From: Nostoc sp. DedSLP01
GTDB lineage: Bacteria; Cyanobacteriota; Cyanobacteriia; Cyanobacteriales; Nostocaceae
DNA: 64,000 nt
NCBI GenBank assembly: GCA_034530875.2
Contig: JAVRCJ020000019.1
Span: 32,001-96,000, forward strand
Reading direction: 5' to 3'
This document shows, piece by piece, positions 10,194 to 20,389 of this stretch (positions within the stretch are counted from its first letter, which is position 1; each line of letters opens with the position of its first letter). A program made the position numbers and the translations under genes. The notes beneath the pieces were generated by a model. That model ran no database searches and was not told the DNA's origin. It worked only from the letters and a program-made list of their open reading frames with translations.

Positions 10194-11450
10194 ATGATGA
10201 AAAGGTTTGTAAAGTGGAGTGTTGGGTTCCATTCTTGGTGGAATATTCGCCAAAGCCGAAAATCGGGGTTATTTTTTGTCATGCTGACTTTGAGCGCGAT
10301 CGCCACAGTGATGCTATCGTTGCCTTTAAACGCTCAAACTACTCCTGAGAGATTACCTGCATCTGAGTTAAGAGGAGTGTGGTTAACAAATATTGATAGC
10401 GATGTATTATTCGATCGCGATCGCCTGAAGACATCTTTACAACGCCTTGATGAACTCAATTTTAATACCGTATACCCAGCAGTTTGGAATTGGGGATATA
10501 CACTATATCCTAGTAAAGTTGCAGCCAAAGTCATTGGACGAGCGATCGACCCTACACCGGGACTGCGGGGGCGAGATATCCTCAAAGAAATTGTGGATGT
10601 GGGACATCAAAAAGGGTTAACAGTCATTCCCTGGTTTGAATTTGGCTTTATGGCACCAGCGGATTCCTTACTAGCTAAAAATCGTCCCCAATGGCTCACC
10701 AGTCGCAGTGATGGGACGCGGATTGTCAAAGAAGGTATACATAATCGAGTTTGGTTAAATCCCTTTCGTCCAGAAGTACAACAATTCATCCAAGATTTAA
10801 TTGTTGAAATTGTGAGAAATTACGATATTGACGGCATCCAATTTGACGATCATTTTGGCTTACCTTCAGAATTAGGATACGATGCTTATACAGTGGCACT
10901 TTATAAAAAAGAACACCGCAATCAAGCTCCTTCTAAAAATCCTAAAGATCCAGAATGGGTGCGTTGGAGAGCTAACAAAATCACCGACTTTATGAAACGG
11001 GTATTTAAAGCTGTCAAAGCCACTAAAAAAGATTGTATTGTCTCCGTTGCACCTAATCCTCAGCGTTTTTCTTACGAATATTTTTTAGCAGACTGGGAAA
11101 AATGGGAACGGATGGGAATTATTGAAGATTTAGTTTTACAAATCTATCGGGATGATTTGAATGTTTTTATTAGTGAATTAGAATATCCAGAAGTAAAAGC
11201 TGCAAAGAATCATATTCCTGTAAGTATCGGCATTTTGTCTGGTTTGAAAAATAAATCTATTTCCATGCAACAGATTCAAACACAAGTACAACAAGTGCGC
11301 GATCGCAAATTTGCGGGAGTCTCTTTCTTTTTCTATGAAACTCTCTGGAACATGAGCAAAGAAAAGCCCCTAGATCGTCAAACTACTTTCCAGAAAATTT
11401 TCCCCACACCAACAACTTACCCGAATTTGCTTGCCGACTGGAAACCATAG
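10194..11450 (+). CDS. Glycoside hydrolase-like 10 (GHL10/DUF187) protein
   Basis: ELRGVWLT, N.NTVYP.VW, PWFEFG, WLNP..PEV and YDIDGIQFDDHF motifs; signal peptide. Confidence 0.9.
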   Translation: MMKRFVKWSVGFHSWWNIRQSRKSGLFFVMLTLSAIATVMLSLPLNAQTTPERLPASELRGVWLTNIDSDVLFDRDRLKTSLQRLDELNFNTVYPAVWNWGYTLYPSKVAAKVIGRAIDPTPGLRGRDILKEIVDVGHQKGLTVIPWFEFGFMAPADSLLAKNRPQWLTSRSDGTRIVKEGIHNRVWLNPFRPEVQQFIQDLIVEIVRNYDIDGIQFDDHFGLPSELGYDAYTVALYKKEHRNQAPSKNPKDPEWVRWRANKITDFMKRVFKAVKATKKDCIVSVAPNPQRFSYEYFLADWEKWERMGIIEDLVLQIYRDDLNVFISELEYPEVKAAKNHIPVSIGILSGLKNKSISMQQIQTQVQQVRDRKFAGVSFFFYETLWNMSKEKPLDRQTTFQKIFPTPTTYPNLLADWKP

Positions 11451-11474
11451 AGTTAACTAATTACTGTAACTAAC

Positions 11475-11750
11475 TTGCTTTCCAAACTGTCTTTTGAACA
11501 GGCGGCCGCACTTCCACCGATCGGCATTACAGCCTGGGAGGCTTTATTTGACCGGATGGCGATCGCTAATCACCCATCAGCTAGTAACCGCGATAAACAT
11601 ATTCTGATTATCGGGGGTGTAGGTGGTGTTGGGTCGATCGCCATTCAACTAGCAAAACAAGTTGCCGGATTGACTGTAATTGCAACTGCATCCCGGCCGG
11701 AAAACGGCGATCGATGTCTCAAAATGGGAGCATATTCTACCATCAACTCA
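11475..11750 (+). pseudogene. Zinc-binding alcohol dehydrogenase/quinone reductase fragment
   Basis: LSFEQAAALP...TAWEALFDR and ILIIGG.GGVGSIAIQLAK. Both the N- and C-terminal parts are missing. Confidence 0.75.
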
Positions 11751-11826
11751 AAAATCTGTTGCAGTCATTACACTACAAGCATTAAATTGAGGATATTTAT
11801 TTAGACGCAAAATAAATTTTACCAGC

Positions 11827-13311
11827 ATGGTATCTAGCATAAAACCTACTCAAATTGTTCAAGTTACTAATAATTATCAAAGAGCTAAACAAACAGTTAA
11901 TTGCGGTTTAAGACAAATTAGCCGTCGTTATGTACTTATATCATTATTAGTCAACTTGATAATAGCTGGTTGTACTGATACTCCAAAATCTGAGCAATCC
12001 TCAATTACCGAGTTCTCTAATGATAGTAAAGTCTTAAAGATATGGTGGGATAAAGGTTTTACTCAGGAAGAAGATGAAGCTCTAAAGCAACTAGTTAGCC
12101 AGTGGGAAAAACAAACTGGTAACAAAATCAAGCTTTCTTTATATTCTACAGATGAGCTACCACGGAAGATTCAAAGAGAAATTCGGGCTGGGAATTTGCC
12201 TGATATCGTTACCAGTTATACTGCCGATCGCGAACTTATTCCACGTTTAAGTTGGGAAGGCAAACTAGCAGATGTCTCAGATGTAATTGAGCCGCTTAAA
12301 AGTTTTTACCCTAAAGAAATCTTAAAAACTGTTCAGTTTTATAACAAGGTTACTCAAAAGCGCAGCTACTATGCTCTGCCAATGAGTCAAGCAACTCTTC
12401 ACATTTTTTACTGGCGAGATTTGCTAAAGCAAATAAATCGCACTGAAAGCGATATACCAAAAAATTGGGATGCTTTTTGGGAATTCTGGAAACAAACCCA
12501 GAGTGAATTGCGGACAAAACAATTACCAGATAAAAAACAGAATATTTATGGATTAGGCTTTACTTTCAGCATTGCATCTGCTGATACATACTACTTCTTT
12601 GAGCAGATTTTAGAAGCATACGACGTACAAATTTTAGATTCTCAGGATAAACTCCAACTCGACGATCCCAAGGTGCGTCAAGGTATTATTAACAGCTTAA
12701 AGTGGTACACAAAATTTTATCAACAAGGCTACGTACCACCAGATGCTGTAAATTGGTTGAATCCAGACAATAATCGTAGCTTACTTAATCGAAGCGTGGT
12801 TATGACTCCCAACAACTCGCTTTCAATTCCTGCGGCTGTACGACAAAACCTTGATGTATATAATCAAAAGCTTGGGATTTTAGAGTTGCCAAATAAACCT
12901 AATGGCTTACCAATGCGCTACTTAATTACGGTTAAGCAAGTGTTTTTATTTGCGGATTCTAAGAAACAGAAACTAGCTAAGGAGTTTCTTGCATACTTAA
13001 TCAAACCAGAGGTAATGGGAGATTATCTTAAGGTTTCTGGAGGTCGTCATTTACCAGTTTTAACATCGGAGTGGAAAGATCCTTTTTGGAAAGATTCAAA
13101 AGATATCTATCTCTCAACTGCTGCTAAGATATTTCTCAATAGAGAAACTCGCCCATTTTATTTTGTGCAAAATCCAGCTTATAGCTTAGTTTTGAAAGAT
13201 AATGTCTGGGGTAAGGCTATCAATCGAATTGTTGTAGATAAAATTTCTCCAGAACAAGCAACTGATGAAGCGATCGCCCAGATTAAACAAATTTTTGACC
13301 AATGGCGGTGA
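11827..13311 (+). CDS. Sugar-type extracellular solute-binding lipoprotein (family 1)
   Basis: Lipobox-like IIAGC; motifs LKIWW.KGF, PDI, IFYWRDLL and IPK.WD.FW. Confidence 0.88.
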   Translation: MVSSIKPTQIVQVTNNYQRAKQTVNCGLRQISRRYVLISLLVNLIIAGCTDTPKSEQSSITEFSNDSKVLKIWWDKGFTQEEDEALKQLVSQWEKQTGNKIKLSLYSTDELPRKIQREIRAGNLPDIVTSYTADRELIPRLSWEGKLADVSDVIEPLKSFYPKEILKTVQFYNKVTQKRSYYALPMSQATLHIFYWRDLLKQINRTESDIPKNWDAFWEFWKQTQSELRTKQLPDKKQNIYGLGFTFSIASADTYYFFEQILEAYDVQILDSQDKLQLDDPKVRQGIINSLKWYTKFYQQGYVPPDAVNWLNPDNNRSLLNRSVVMTPNNSLSIPAAVRQNLDVYNQKLGILELPNKPNGLPMRYLITVKQVFLFADSKKQKLAKEFLAYLIKPEVMGDYLKVSGGRHLPVLTSEWKDPFWKDSKDIYLSTAAKIFLNRETRPFYFVQNPAYSLVLKDNVWGKAINRIVVDKISPEQATDEAIAQIKQIFDQWR

Positions 13312-13327
13312 GTGAGCTTTTACAAAG

Positions 13328-14770
13328 ATGACATTGAAAACAAAAGCCAGTCAAATTGCTAAAGCTTCTCGCGATCGCTACCTAAGATTGAGCCGAAGAT
13401 ATGCGTTCGTCACATTCACACTCAGCTTGATATTTATTGCCTGTACTAACACCTCTAAATTCAAACAATCTTCAGTCACCCATTCCCCTACTGACACTAC
13501 AGTTTTAAAGATTTGGTGGGATAAAGGATTTACAGTCGATGAAGATGAAGCAATCCAGCAGTTGGTAAGCAACTGGGAAACACAAACTGGTAACAAAGTC
13601 AAACTTTCTTTGTATACTGGCGAAGAGCTACCGCAAAAGGTGCGCAGAGCAATTCAGGCGGGCAATCCACCCGATATTATGATGAGTTACAGCGCCGAGA
13701 GAGCATTAAATCCGCATCTGGCTTGGGAAGGGAAACTGGCTGATATCACGGATGTAATTGAGCCAGTCAAGAATCTTTATCCTGAATATGCCCTGCAATC
13801 TGTTAATTATTATAATCACGCTGCCAAAAAGCGAAGCTATTATGCAGTACCAATTAATCAGTCAACAGTTCATATTTTCTATTGGCGGGGTTTGCTTAAA
13901 CAAATAGGTCGCACTGAAAGCGATATCCCCAAAGATTGGGATGGTTTTTGGGAGTTTTGGAAACAAGTGCAGAAAGATCTGCGGGCAAAAAATCAAAAAC
14001 AAAATATTTATGGGTTAGGTTTTCCATTCTCTACAGGAGCTTCAGATACCTACATTTTTTTTGAGCATATTTTAGAAGCATACGATGTGCAAATTCTCGA
14101 CTCAAAAGGTAAACTCCTGATTGACGATCCAAAGGTGAGACAAAAAATTGTCCGAGCATTAGATTGGTATGCCAAATTTTACCAGCAAGGTTATACACCA
14201 CCAGATGCACTCAATTGGTTTAATCCAGATAATAACCGCAGCTTACTCAACCGTATGGTGGTGATGACTCCTAATAACACGCTCTCAATTGCTTGCTCTA
14301 TCCGCCAAGATCGCGACACCTATCGTCATAAGCTTGGCATTTTAAATTTTCCCAACAAACCCAACGGCAAGCCAATGCGTTATCTGCTCACACTTAGGCA
14401 AGCAGTTTTGTTCGCCGATTCCCAGCAACAGAAAAAAGCTTTGGATTTTCTGGCATATCTCGTGCGATCGCCAGTGATAGGTAAATATCTCAAAGCAGCT
14501 GGAGGTTGTAATTTACCAGTTATGAAGCCACTCTGGCAAGACCCATTTTGGAAAGATCCAACCGATCCCCATGTTTCAACTGCGGTAAAGACGATAACCC
14601 AAGGTTCAACGCGTTTGTTTCCTTATGTGCAAAACCCAGCATACAGCGTAGTTTTAGAAGAAAATATCTGGGGAAAAGCTCTTCATCGAATAATTGTAGA
14701 TAAAATTTCTCCAGAGCAAGCAACTGATGAGGCAATTAAGCAGATAAAACAAATTTTTTCTCAATGGTAA
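13328..14770 (+). CDS. Sugar-type extracellular solute-binding lipoprotein (paralog)
   Basis: Lipobox-like IFIAC; colinear and highly similar to the preceding gene. Confidence 0.88.
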   Translation: MTLKTKASQIAKASRDRYLRLSRRYAFVTFTLSLIFIACTNTSKFKQSSVTHSPTDTTVLKIWWDKGFTVDEDEAIQQLVSNWETQTGNKVKLSLYTGEELPQKVRRAIQAGNPPDIMMSYSAERALNPHLAWEGKLADITDVIEPVKNLYPEYALQSVNYYNHAAKKRSYYAVPINQSTVHIFYWRGLLKQIGRTESDIPKDWDGFWEFWKQVQKDLRAKNQKQNIYGLGFPFSTGASDTYIFFEHILEAYDVQILDSKGKLLIDDPKVRQKIVRALDWYAKFYQQGYTPPDALNWFNPDNNRSLLNRMVVMTPNNTLSIACSIRQDRDTYRHKLGILNFPNKPNGKPMRYLLTLRQAVLFADSQQQKKALDFLAYLVRSPVIGKYLKAAGGCNLPVMKPLWQDPFWKDPTDPHVSTAVKTITQGSTRLFPYVQNPAYSVVLEENIWGKALHRIIVDKISPEQATDEAIKQIKQIFSQW

Positions 14771-14941
14771 TTAATAATTATTTACAGCAGAATTCAGGAG
14801 TCAGAATTTGAATCAGCTCTCTACTTAACTTTGAGATTTCAATGGTGTACTTCACGAACTTGAAATCTGCTATATATTAACAAAAAGACTAATCTATCTG
14901 CTTGAATAGGAAAAAATATATTAAAAAAAATTTGGAAATAT

Positions 14942-17422
14942 ATGAACTCCTGGAATCAGCACTTAACTATTAAAGTTGCCAGTTCGTTCTTATTTCTATC
15001 CTTGGTGACTGTAGGTGTAGTAGGAGGATTTGCCTTTCTTAATGCAAGGGAAGCTTTGAAACAAGCTGCTTTTGAACGACTTAGTGCTGCTGCCACTCTG
15101 AAAGAGGAAGAAATTACTCGTTGGTTTGAAGACCAACAACGAGACTTTCTCCTAATCACTCAACTTCCAGACGTACAAAATAATTTCCAAGTACTTTTAA
15201 ATTCTAAAACCTCCAATACAGATTATCGCAATGCTTACAAAGTTCTCTCAGATTACTTAGCAAATATGGCTAAAATCAAGCCAAGTCTGGGAGAAATTTC
15301 CATTCTTGACCGTAGCAATCGGATTATTTTATCTACTAACAAGCAGCGTGAAGGTCAATATGAAATTTCAGCTAACATCACCTATATCGAACAGATTCAG
15401 CTAGAAGATTCCTTTGCTCCCATTTTCTACGTATCACAGATTACTGGCAAGCCATCAGTTACTTTTGCAACACCTATACGCGATGCAGCCAAGGTACGCC
15501 AAGGCGTTCTCTTAGCTGATTTAAATTTAGACCGAATAGATCGGATTGTGCGGGAACGTACAGGTTTAGGTGAGAGTGGCGAAACTTATTTAGTTGGTTC
15601 TCTAGTAACTAAAAACGGTTTTATTTCTAAAGAAAAAACTAAAACATCAGACTTTCCTGAAGGAGTTAGCAGCCAAGGCATTGATGCAGCAATGAGTGGA
15701 ATTAGCGGCCAAGGACTTTATCCAAACTATACCGGAGCGTTAGTCATTGGCGTATATCGCTGGCTCAATGGCCAAGACCTTGCCTTAATGGTGGAGATGA
15801 AACAGGAAGAAGCTTTTGCTCCAGCTCGTCGATTGGCAGGCACGATTATGTTAGTGGGTCTGTTAGCAATGGGATTTCTATTAATTGGAGTGGCTTGGCT
15901 GACGCGACAGTTAAAAATTTCTGGCGAACAGTTAGAGAATTACAGCCATAGATTGGAGGTAAAAGCCAAAGAAGCGGAAACTGCCAACCGTGCCAAAAGC
16001 GAATTTCTGGCAAACATGAGTCACGAACTCCGCACTCCTCTTAACAGTATTCTTGGTTTTACCCAGCTAATGAGCCGCGATTCTTCTATGAATGCTTCCC
16101 AGTTGGAACATTTAGAAATTATTAGTCGCAGTGGAGAGCATTTGCTGACCTTAATCAATGATGTGTTGTCAATGTCCAAAATTGAGGCGGGTTTAACGAC
16201 ACTCAACAATAACAGCTTTGATTTGTACGCTTTACTTGACTCGCTGGAAGAGATGTTTCAACTCAAAGCAGAATCCAAAGGTTTACAGTTGATGTTTGAG
16301 CGTAGACCTGAAGTTCCTAAATATGTGCATACAGATGAAAGTAAATTGCGTCAAGTCTTGATTAACCTCCTTGGGAACGCTGTTAAATTTACTGAAGAAG
16401 GCGGCGTTAGTTTGCGAGTTAGGATGAGGGAAGAAAGTCAACTCCAACAGCAAGCAAGGACGCAAGTAATCAGAAACTCCGACTCTTCATTATTTTGGCT
16501 GCATTTTGAAGTCGAAGACACCGGGCCAGGGATTGCACCTGCTGAAATTGAAAAGTTGTTTAAACCCTTTGTTCAAACTGAAGCAGGTCGCAAATCTCAG
16601 CAAGGAACAGGTCTAGGTCTAACCATTAGCCAACAATTTGTGCATTTAATGGGGGGAAGTATTACTGTTAGCAGTACTTTAGGTCAAGGAACGATTTTTT
16701 CTTTCGATCTCCAGATTAGCCTAACACAAGCAGCTGAAGCTCCGATTCAACAGCTAAAACGAAGAGTAATTGGTTTAGAGCCTAATCAACCAAAATACCG
16801 AATTTTAGTAGTTGAAGATAAATGGGAAAATCGCGAACTCCTAGTCAAGATGTTAGTATCTCTTGGCTTCGAGGTACGTCACGCTGAAAACGGTCAAGAA
16901 GGGGTGGCGGTTTGGGAAAGTTGGGAACCGCAACTGATTTGGATGGATATGCGGATGCCTGTAATGGATGGGTATGAAGCTACTAAACAAATTAGAGCTA
17001 ATTTAAAGGGTCAAGCTACTGTCATTATTGCTCTAACTGCTAGCGCTTTTGACGAGGAACGCTTTGTGGTTTTATCGACAGGCTGTAATGATTTTGTACG
17101 TAAGCCTTTCCGAGAAGAAGTAATCTTGAATATGATGGCTAAATATTTGGGGGTGCGCTATGTATATGCAGAGAAACCCGTTCAAAAAGACGAATTTGCC
17201 GAGAATTCAGAGCTTAAGCTTTTATCAATAGAAGAGATGCTGGCTCAGATGCCTACTGAATGGGTGGCACAGCTACACCAAGCAGCACTGTGTACTGATG
17301 AAAAGCTGATTTTCAGCTTACTCGAACAAATTCCTGAAGAATCTGCTCTTTTGGCAAACACTCTATCTGATTGGGTCAATAACTTTCGTATTGATAAAGT
17401 TATCGATCTAACACAAACTTAA
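14942..17422 (+). CDS. Hybrid sensor histidine kinase (TM-Cache-TM-HisKA-HATPase-REC)
   Basis: FLANMSHELRTPLN, NLLGNAVKFT, DTGPGI and GTGLGL motifs; REC WMDMRMP..DG; periplasmic Cache-like region (GESGETYLV). Confidence 0.92.
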   Translation: MNSWNQHLTIKVASSFLFLSLVTVGVVGGFAFLNAREALKQAAFERLSAAATLKEEEITRWFEDQQRDFLLITQLPDVQNNFQVLLNSKTSNTDYRNAYKVLSDYLANMAKIKPSLGEISILDRSNRIILSTNKQREGQYEISANITYIEQIQLEDSFAPIFYVSQITGKPSVTFATPIRDAAKVRQGVLLADLNLDRIDRIVRERTGLGESGETYLVGSLVTKNGFISKEKTKTSDFPEGVSSQGIDAAMSGISGQGLYPNYTGALVIGVYRWLNGQDLALMVEMKQEEAFAPARRLAGTIMLVGLLAMGFLLIGVAWLTRQLKISGEQLENYSHRLEVKAKEAETANRAKSEFLANMSHELRTPLNSILGFTQLMSRDSSMNASQLEHLEIISRSGEHLLTLINDVLSMSKIEAGLTTLNNNSFDLYALLDSLEEMFQLKAESKGLQLMFERRPEVPKYVHTDESKLRQVLINLLGNAVKFTEEGGVSLRVRMREESQLQQQARTQVIRNSDSSLFWLHFEVEDTGPGIAPAEIEKLFKPFVQTEAGRKSQQGTGLGLTISQQFVHLMGGSITVSSTLGQGTIFSFDLQISLTQAAEAPIQQLKRRVIGLEPNQPKYRILVVEDKWENRELLVKMLVSLGFEVRHAENGQEGVAVWESWEPQLIWMDMRMPVMDGYEATKQIRANLKGQATVIIALTASAFDEERFVVLSTGCNDFVRKPFREEVILNMMAKYLGVRYVYAEKPVQKDEFAENSELKLLSIEEMLAQMPTEWVAQLHQAALCTDEKLIFSLLEQIPEESALLANTLSDWVNNFRIDKVIDLTQT

Positions 17423-17699
17423 GAAATCATTTATACACTTTGGCATCAGGTTACAGCACATGGTATTATCCAAGTACTCGCTGGATAATTTAGGATAAGT
17501 ATTGTGCTTGTTTAAATGTGCTTTTAATAATAGCTAAAAATAGACTTTAGCAGTTACAAGGCATTTGATTGTAATCAAAACACTCGAATAAGTAGAAGGC
17601 AGGAGGCAGGAGGCAGAAGGAAAAACTCTCAACACTAAAGGATTGCGCTGAGTTGTATTTTACATTTAATTATGTCCGCTTACTTAAATAGTTATTTCT

Positions 17700-17924
17700 A
17701 TGAGCCAACACTCTTTTCACGATGAAATCAGCCTTGCAGAAAAAGCAGAAGATTTAGGAAGACAAGCAATGAAGTTGAGACTAATTCCTTCATTTGTCGT
17801 TCATCATTTCCCTGATAGCTGGGAATTTTACATCCCCGACCAAAAAACTTCAGTCCCTCTGACACCAGAAGAAGCTTACTTGAAATTGAAAAAGTTAGTT
17901 GAATCTTCTTCATCCGCAGTATAG
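17700..17924 (+). CDS. Small hypothetical protein
   Basis: 74-aa ATG ORF with natural composition, lying between the kinase and the response regulator. Confidence 0.6.
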   Translation: MSQHSFHDEISLAEKAEDLGRQAMKLRLIPSFVVHHFPDSWEFYIPDQKTSVPLTPEEAYLKLKKLVESSSSAV

Positions 17925-18280
17925 GCTCAGCCATAGCTATTTAAAGCTGACATCTGACTAAGTATGCATTCTTTACTATAGCGATCGCACACTAGCTCGA
18001 CATTTTGACAAAGCGCTCTGGCTCAATCAGCGTATCACTTCTCTACGCGGACTGCTGTCTCCCTCAGCAGCATATATTATCGTAGAATGAGTTGGAGTCA
18101 GCTTTTATCTACAAAAAAATGTAGAAAAAATTCGAGAAAATATCAAAAATTCTACACATGATGAGACAGCGATCGCACTAAATTTTCTTAACCAAATCGC
18201 TGGCAATATAATATGCGGTTAATAGCTGATTCTTTTTGAGAGTTTTTAATATTTACTTTTATAATTCAATTTTCATATAT

Positions 18281-19129
18281 ATGAATAACGATCGAGTTCA
18301 GCTACCAAAAGCAAATATTCTCGTTGTTGATGATACACCCGACAATTTGCGACTTTTATCTGCAATGCTAACTCAGTTTGGCTATGAAATTCGCAGAGTA
18401 ATTAACGGACAAACAGCTTTAAAAACAGCACAAGCTGCGCCACCGGATTTAATTTTGCTTGATATTATGATGCCAGAAATGAATGGCTATGAAGTCTGTC
18501 AGCATTTGAAAGCCTCAGAGAAAACCCGCGACATTCCGGTGATTTTTATTAGCGCCTTGGATGAAGTATTTGACAAAGTTAAAGCTTTTGCAGTCGGGGG
18601 AGTAGATTATATTACCAAACCTTTTAGTGAAGAAGAGGTTTTTGTGCGTGTAGAAAATAACTTGACTATCCGGAGACTGCAAAAACAACTCACCGAGCAA
18701 AATATACGTTTGCAACAGGAAATTAGGATTAGCGAAGCTGCCCGAAAGGGTCGCCAAAAAGCAGAATCAGCATTGCAGTTAAGCCAATTTTATTTAGACA
18801 GGTTTAAAGATTCAATTTTTTTTGTTAATTCAAATGCCCAGTTTGTTTATGTCAATGAAGCAGCTTGCCGGATTTTAGGCTATTCTCGCGAAGAATTGCT
18901 GACTATGACTGTTTACGATATAAATCCAAATTTTTCGCCGATTAATTGGCGATCGCACTGGGAGGAAGTTAGACACAAAGACACTCTCACTTTTGAGTCT
19001 ACTCAACGAACTCGAGATGGTCGAGACATAAGCGTGGAAATAACTGTCAATTATTTGGAGTTAAACGGACAGGAATACCATTGTGCTAGTGTCCGCGATA
19101 TCTCCGAAACAGTGCTGAGTGCTGGGTAA
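18281..19129 (+). CDS. Response regulator REC + PAS, no output domain
   Basis: ILVVDD, DLILLDIMMP.MNG and DYITKPF; PAS YVNEAAC..LGYSREEL; ends at RDISETVLSAG. Confidence 0.88.
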   Translation: MNNDRVQLPKANILVVDDTPDNLRLLSAMLTQFGYEIRRVINGQTALKTAQAAPPDLILLDIMMPEMNGYEVCQHLKASEKTRDIPVIFISALDEVFDKVKAFAVGGVDYITKPFSEEEVFVRVENNLTIRRLQKQLTEQNIRLQQEIRISEAARKGRQKAESALQLSQFYLDRFKDSIFFVNSNAQFVYVNEAACRILGYSREELLTMTVYDINPNFSPINWRSHWEEVRHKDTLTFESTQRTRDGRDISVEITVNYLELNGQEYHCASVRDISETVLSAG

Positions 19130-19139
19130 AAATCCATTT

Positions 19140-19435
19140 ATACCAATTCAAAATTCAAAATTCACCCATTACAGCAGTTTTCATCTATTTAGACCACATA
19201 CTCATATTCCTCTCTGCGACTCTGCGTCTCTGCGCGATAAAAAAAGCTGTGGTACATTTACCTGAAAATAGCTGTAAGAAACTCCAGCATCATCTAAGTT
19301 TTGGCGTTTGAATCTGTTGCTTGATTTTGGAGAATTGGTATTAATACTAAGTTGCGTTCAGAAATAGTATTCCTATTCCCCACTCCCTACTCCCTACTCC
19401 CAGCCCAAGTTACTATCTTTGATTGCAACTTGGTA
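19140..19435. mobile_element. Nested/adjacent MITE-like elements
   Basis: Outer ATACCAATTC..GAATTGGTAT (19140-19341), inner TACAGCAGTTTTCA..TGAAAATAGCTGTA (19170-19276), and adjacent ATACTAAGTTGC..GCAACTTGGTAT (19344-19435). Confidence 0.6.
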
Positions 19436-19646
19436 TAAGTAGTCGAACAAATTAAATTCATTCCTGGAGAGAAAATAAGCAACAGGAAGAAATCTGTGTA
19501 ATTAATTACTGACATTTTTTACATAACTTAATAAAAATTTGACGGTAAAATTCCTGACAACTTATGACTTTTTCATGCTATTAAAACTGAGCGATCGACT
19601 TAAATTAAGGGCATGGTCAAAGTTAACTCAATCCAAGCAAGGAAAT

Positions 19647-20378
19647 ATGAATAGCATTGCTATTAAAACTGATGAGGTGGGCAAGAACTCTTTGACTGTA
19701 GAAGATGTTACTACTGATTTAACCTCAGTAATGTCAGATCTAAACGAACAGCTAACATACTTAATTGCCCAAGCCCGTAGACATTCACCTGGAAGTCCTC
19801 AACGTCAGAAACTACTCACGCAAGTCATTCGTTTGGTACAAGGTAAACTCTGGAAGGAAAATACCCCCTACTATCAAGACGCACTGCAACAAACTTGGTT
19901 GTATTTCTCCCGCAACGTTTGTGATGGCCTAACAGGTCAAACCTATGACCCCACTCAAGGCACTGTCATAACTTGGCTGAATGCTTATCTAAAACGCAGA
20001 CTACAAGATTTTTCTTTAAATCAAAACCGAGAACTAGCTACAACAGTCTCAGTTAGAGTTCGTCAGTCTAATTCAGGTGACATTGAAACTATTGACCCTA
20101 TGGATAATATACCAGCTAACCCCGAAACGCCTCCCATTTTGGAAAACCTGGAGATATGGGTGGAGACAGACCCAGATACAGAACTACGCAGCACTCACAT
20201 TAAAGGGCGTCCTGACGTAAATTGTCAGGTATTAATTCTCAAACGCCTACCGCCAGAAGTTAGCTGGAAAGAATTATCTGAAGATTTTGGGCTGCCAATT
20301 CCGACATTAAGCAGTTTCTATCAACGTCAGTGTCTACCACGCTTGCGGAAATTTGCTGAAAGAGAGGGCTTATTATGA
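19647..20378 (+). CDS. Cyanobacterial sigma-70-like (ECF-like) protein
   Basis: A..H.PGS.QRQK.L, YYQDALQQTW.YF, YDP..G.V.TW.N.YL..R and C-terminal HTH (W.ELS..FG.PIPTLSSFYQR.C). Start uncertain. Confidence 0.7.
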   Translation: MNSIAIKTDEVGKNSLTVEDVTTDLTSVMSDLNEQLTYLIAQARRHSPGSPQRQKLLTQVIRLVQGKLWKENTPYYQDALQQTWLYFSRNVCDGLTGQTYDPTQGTVITWLNAYLKRRLQDFSLNQNRELATTVSVRVRQSNSGDIETIDPMDNIPANPETPPILENLEIWVETDPDTELRSTHIKGRPDVNCQVLILKRLPPEVSWKELSEDFGLPIPTLSSFYQRQCLPRLRKFAEREGLL

Positions 20379-20389
20379 AATTCGTTGTC

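Noticed and set aside
9949..10306. Small ORFs over the G/C-rich repeats (also 34542-35001, 41956-42277, 43791-43976)
   Set aside because: They are translations of STRR and dispersed repeats or antisense shadows with low-complexity products.
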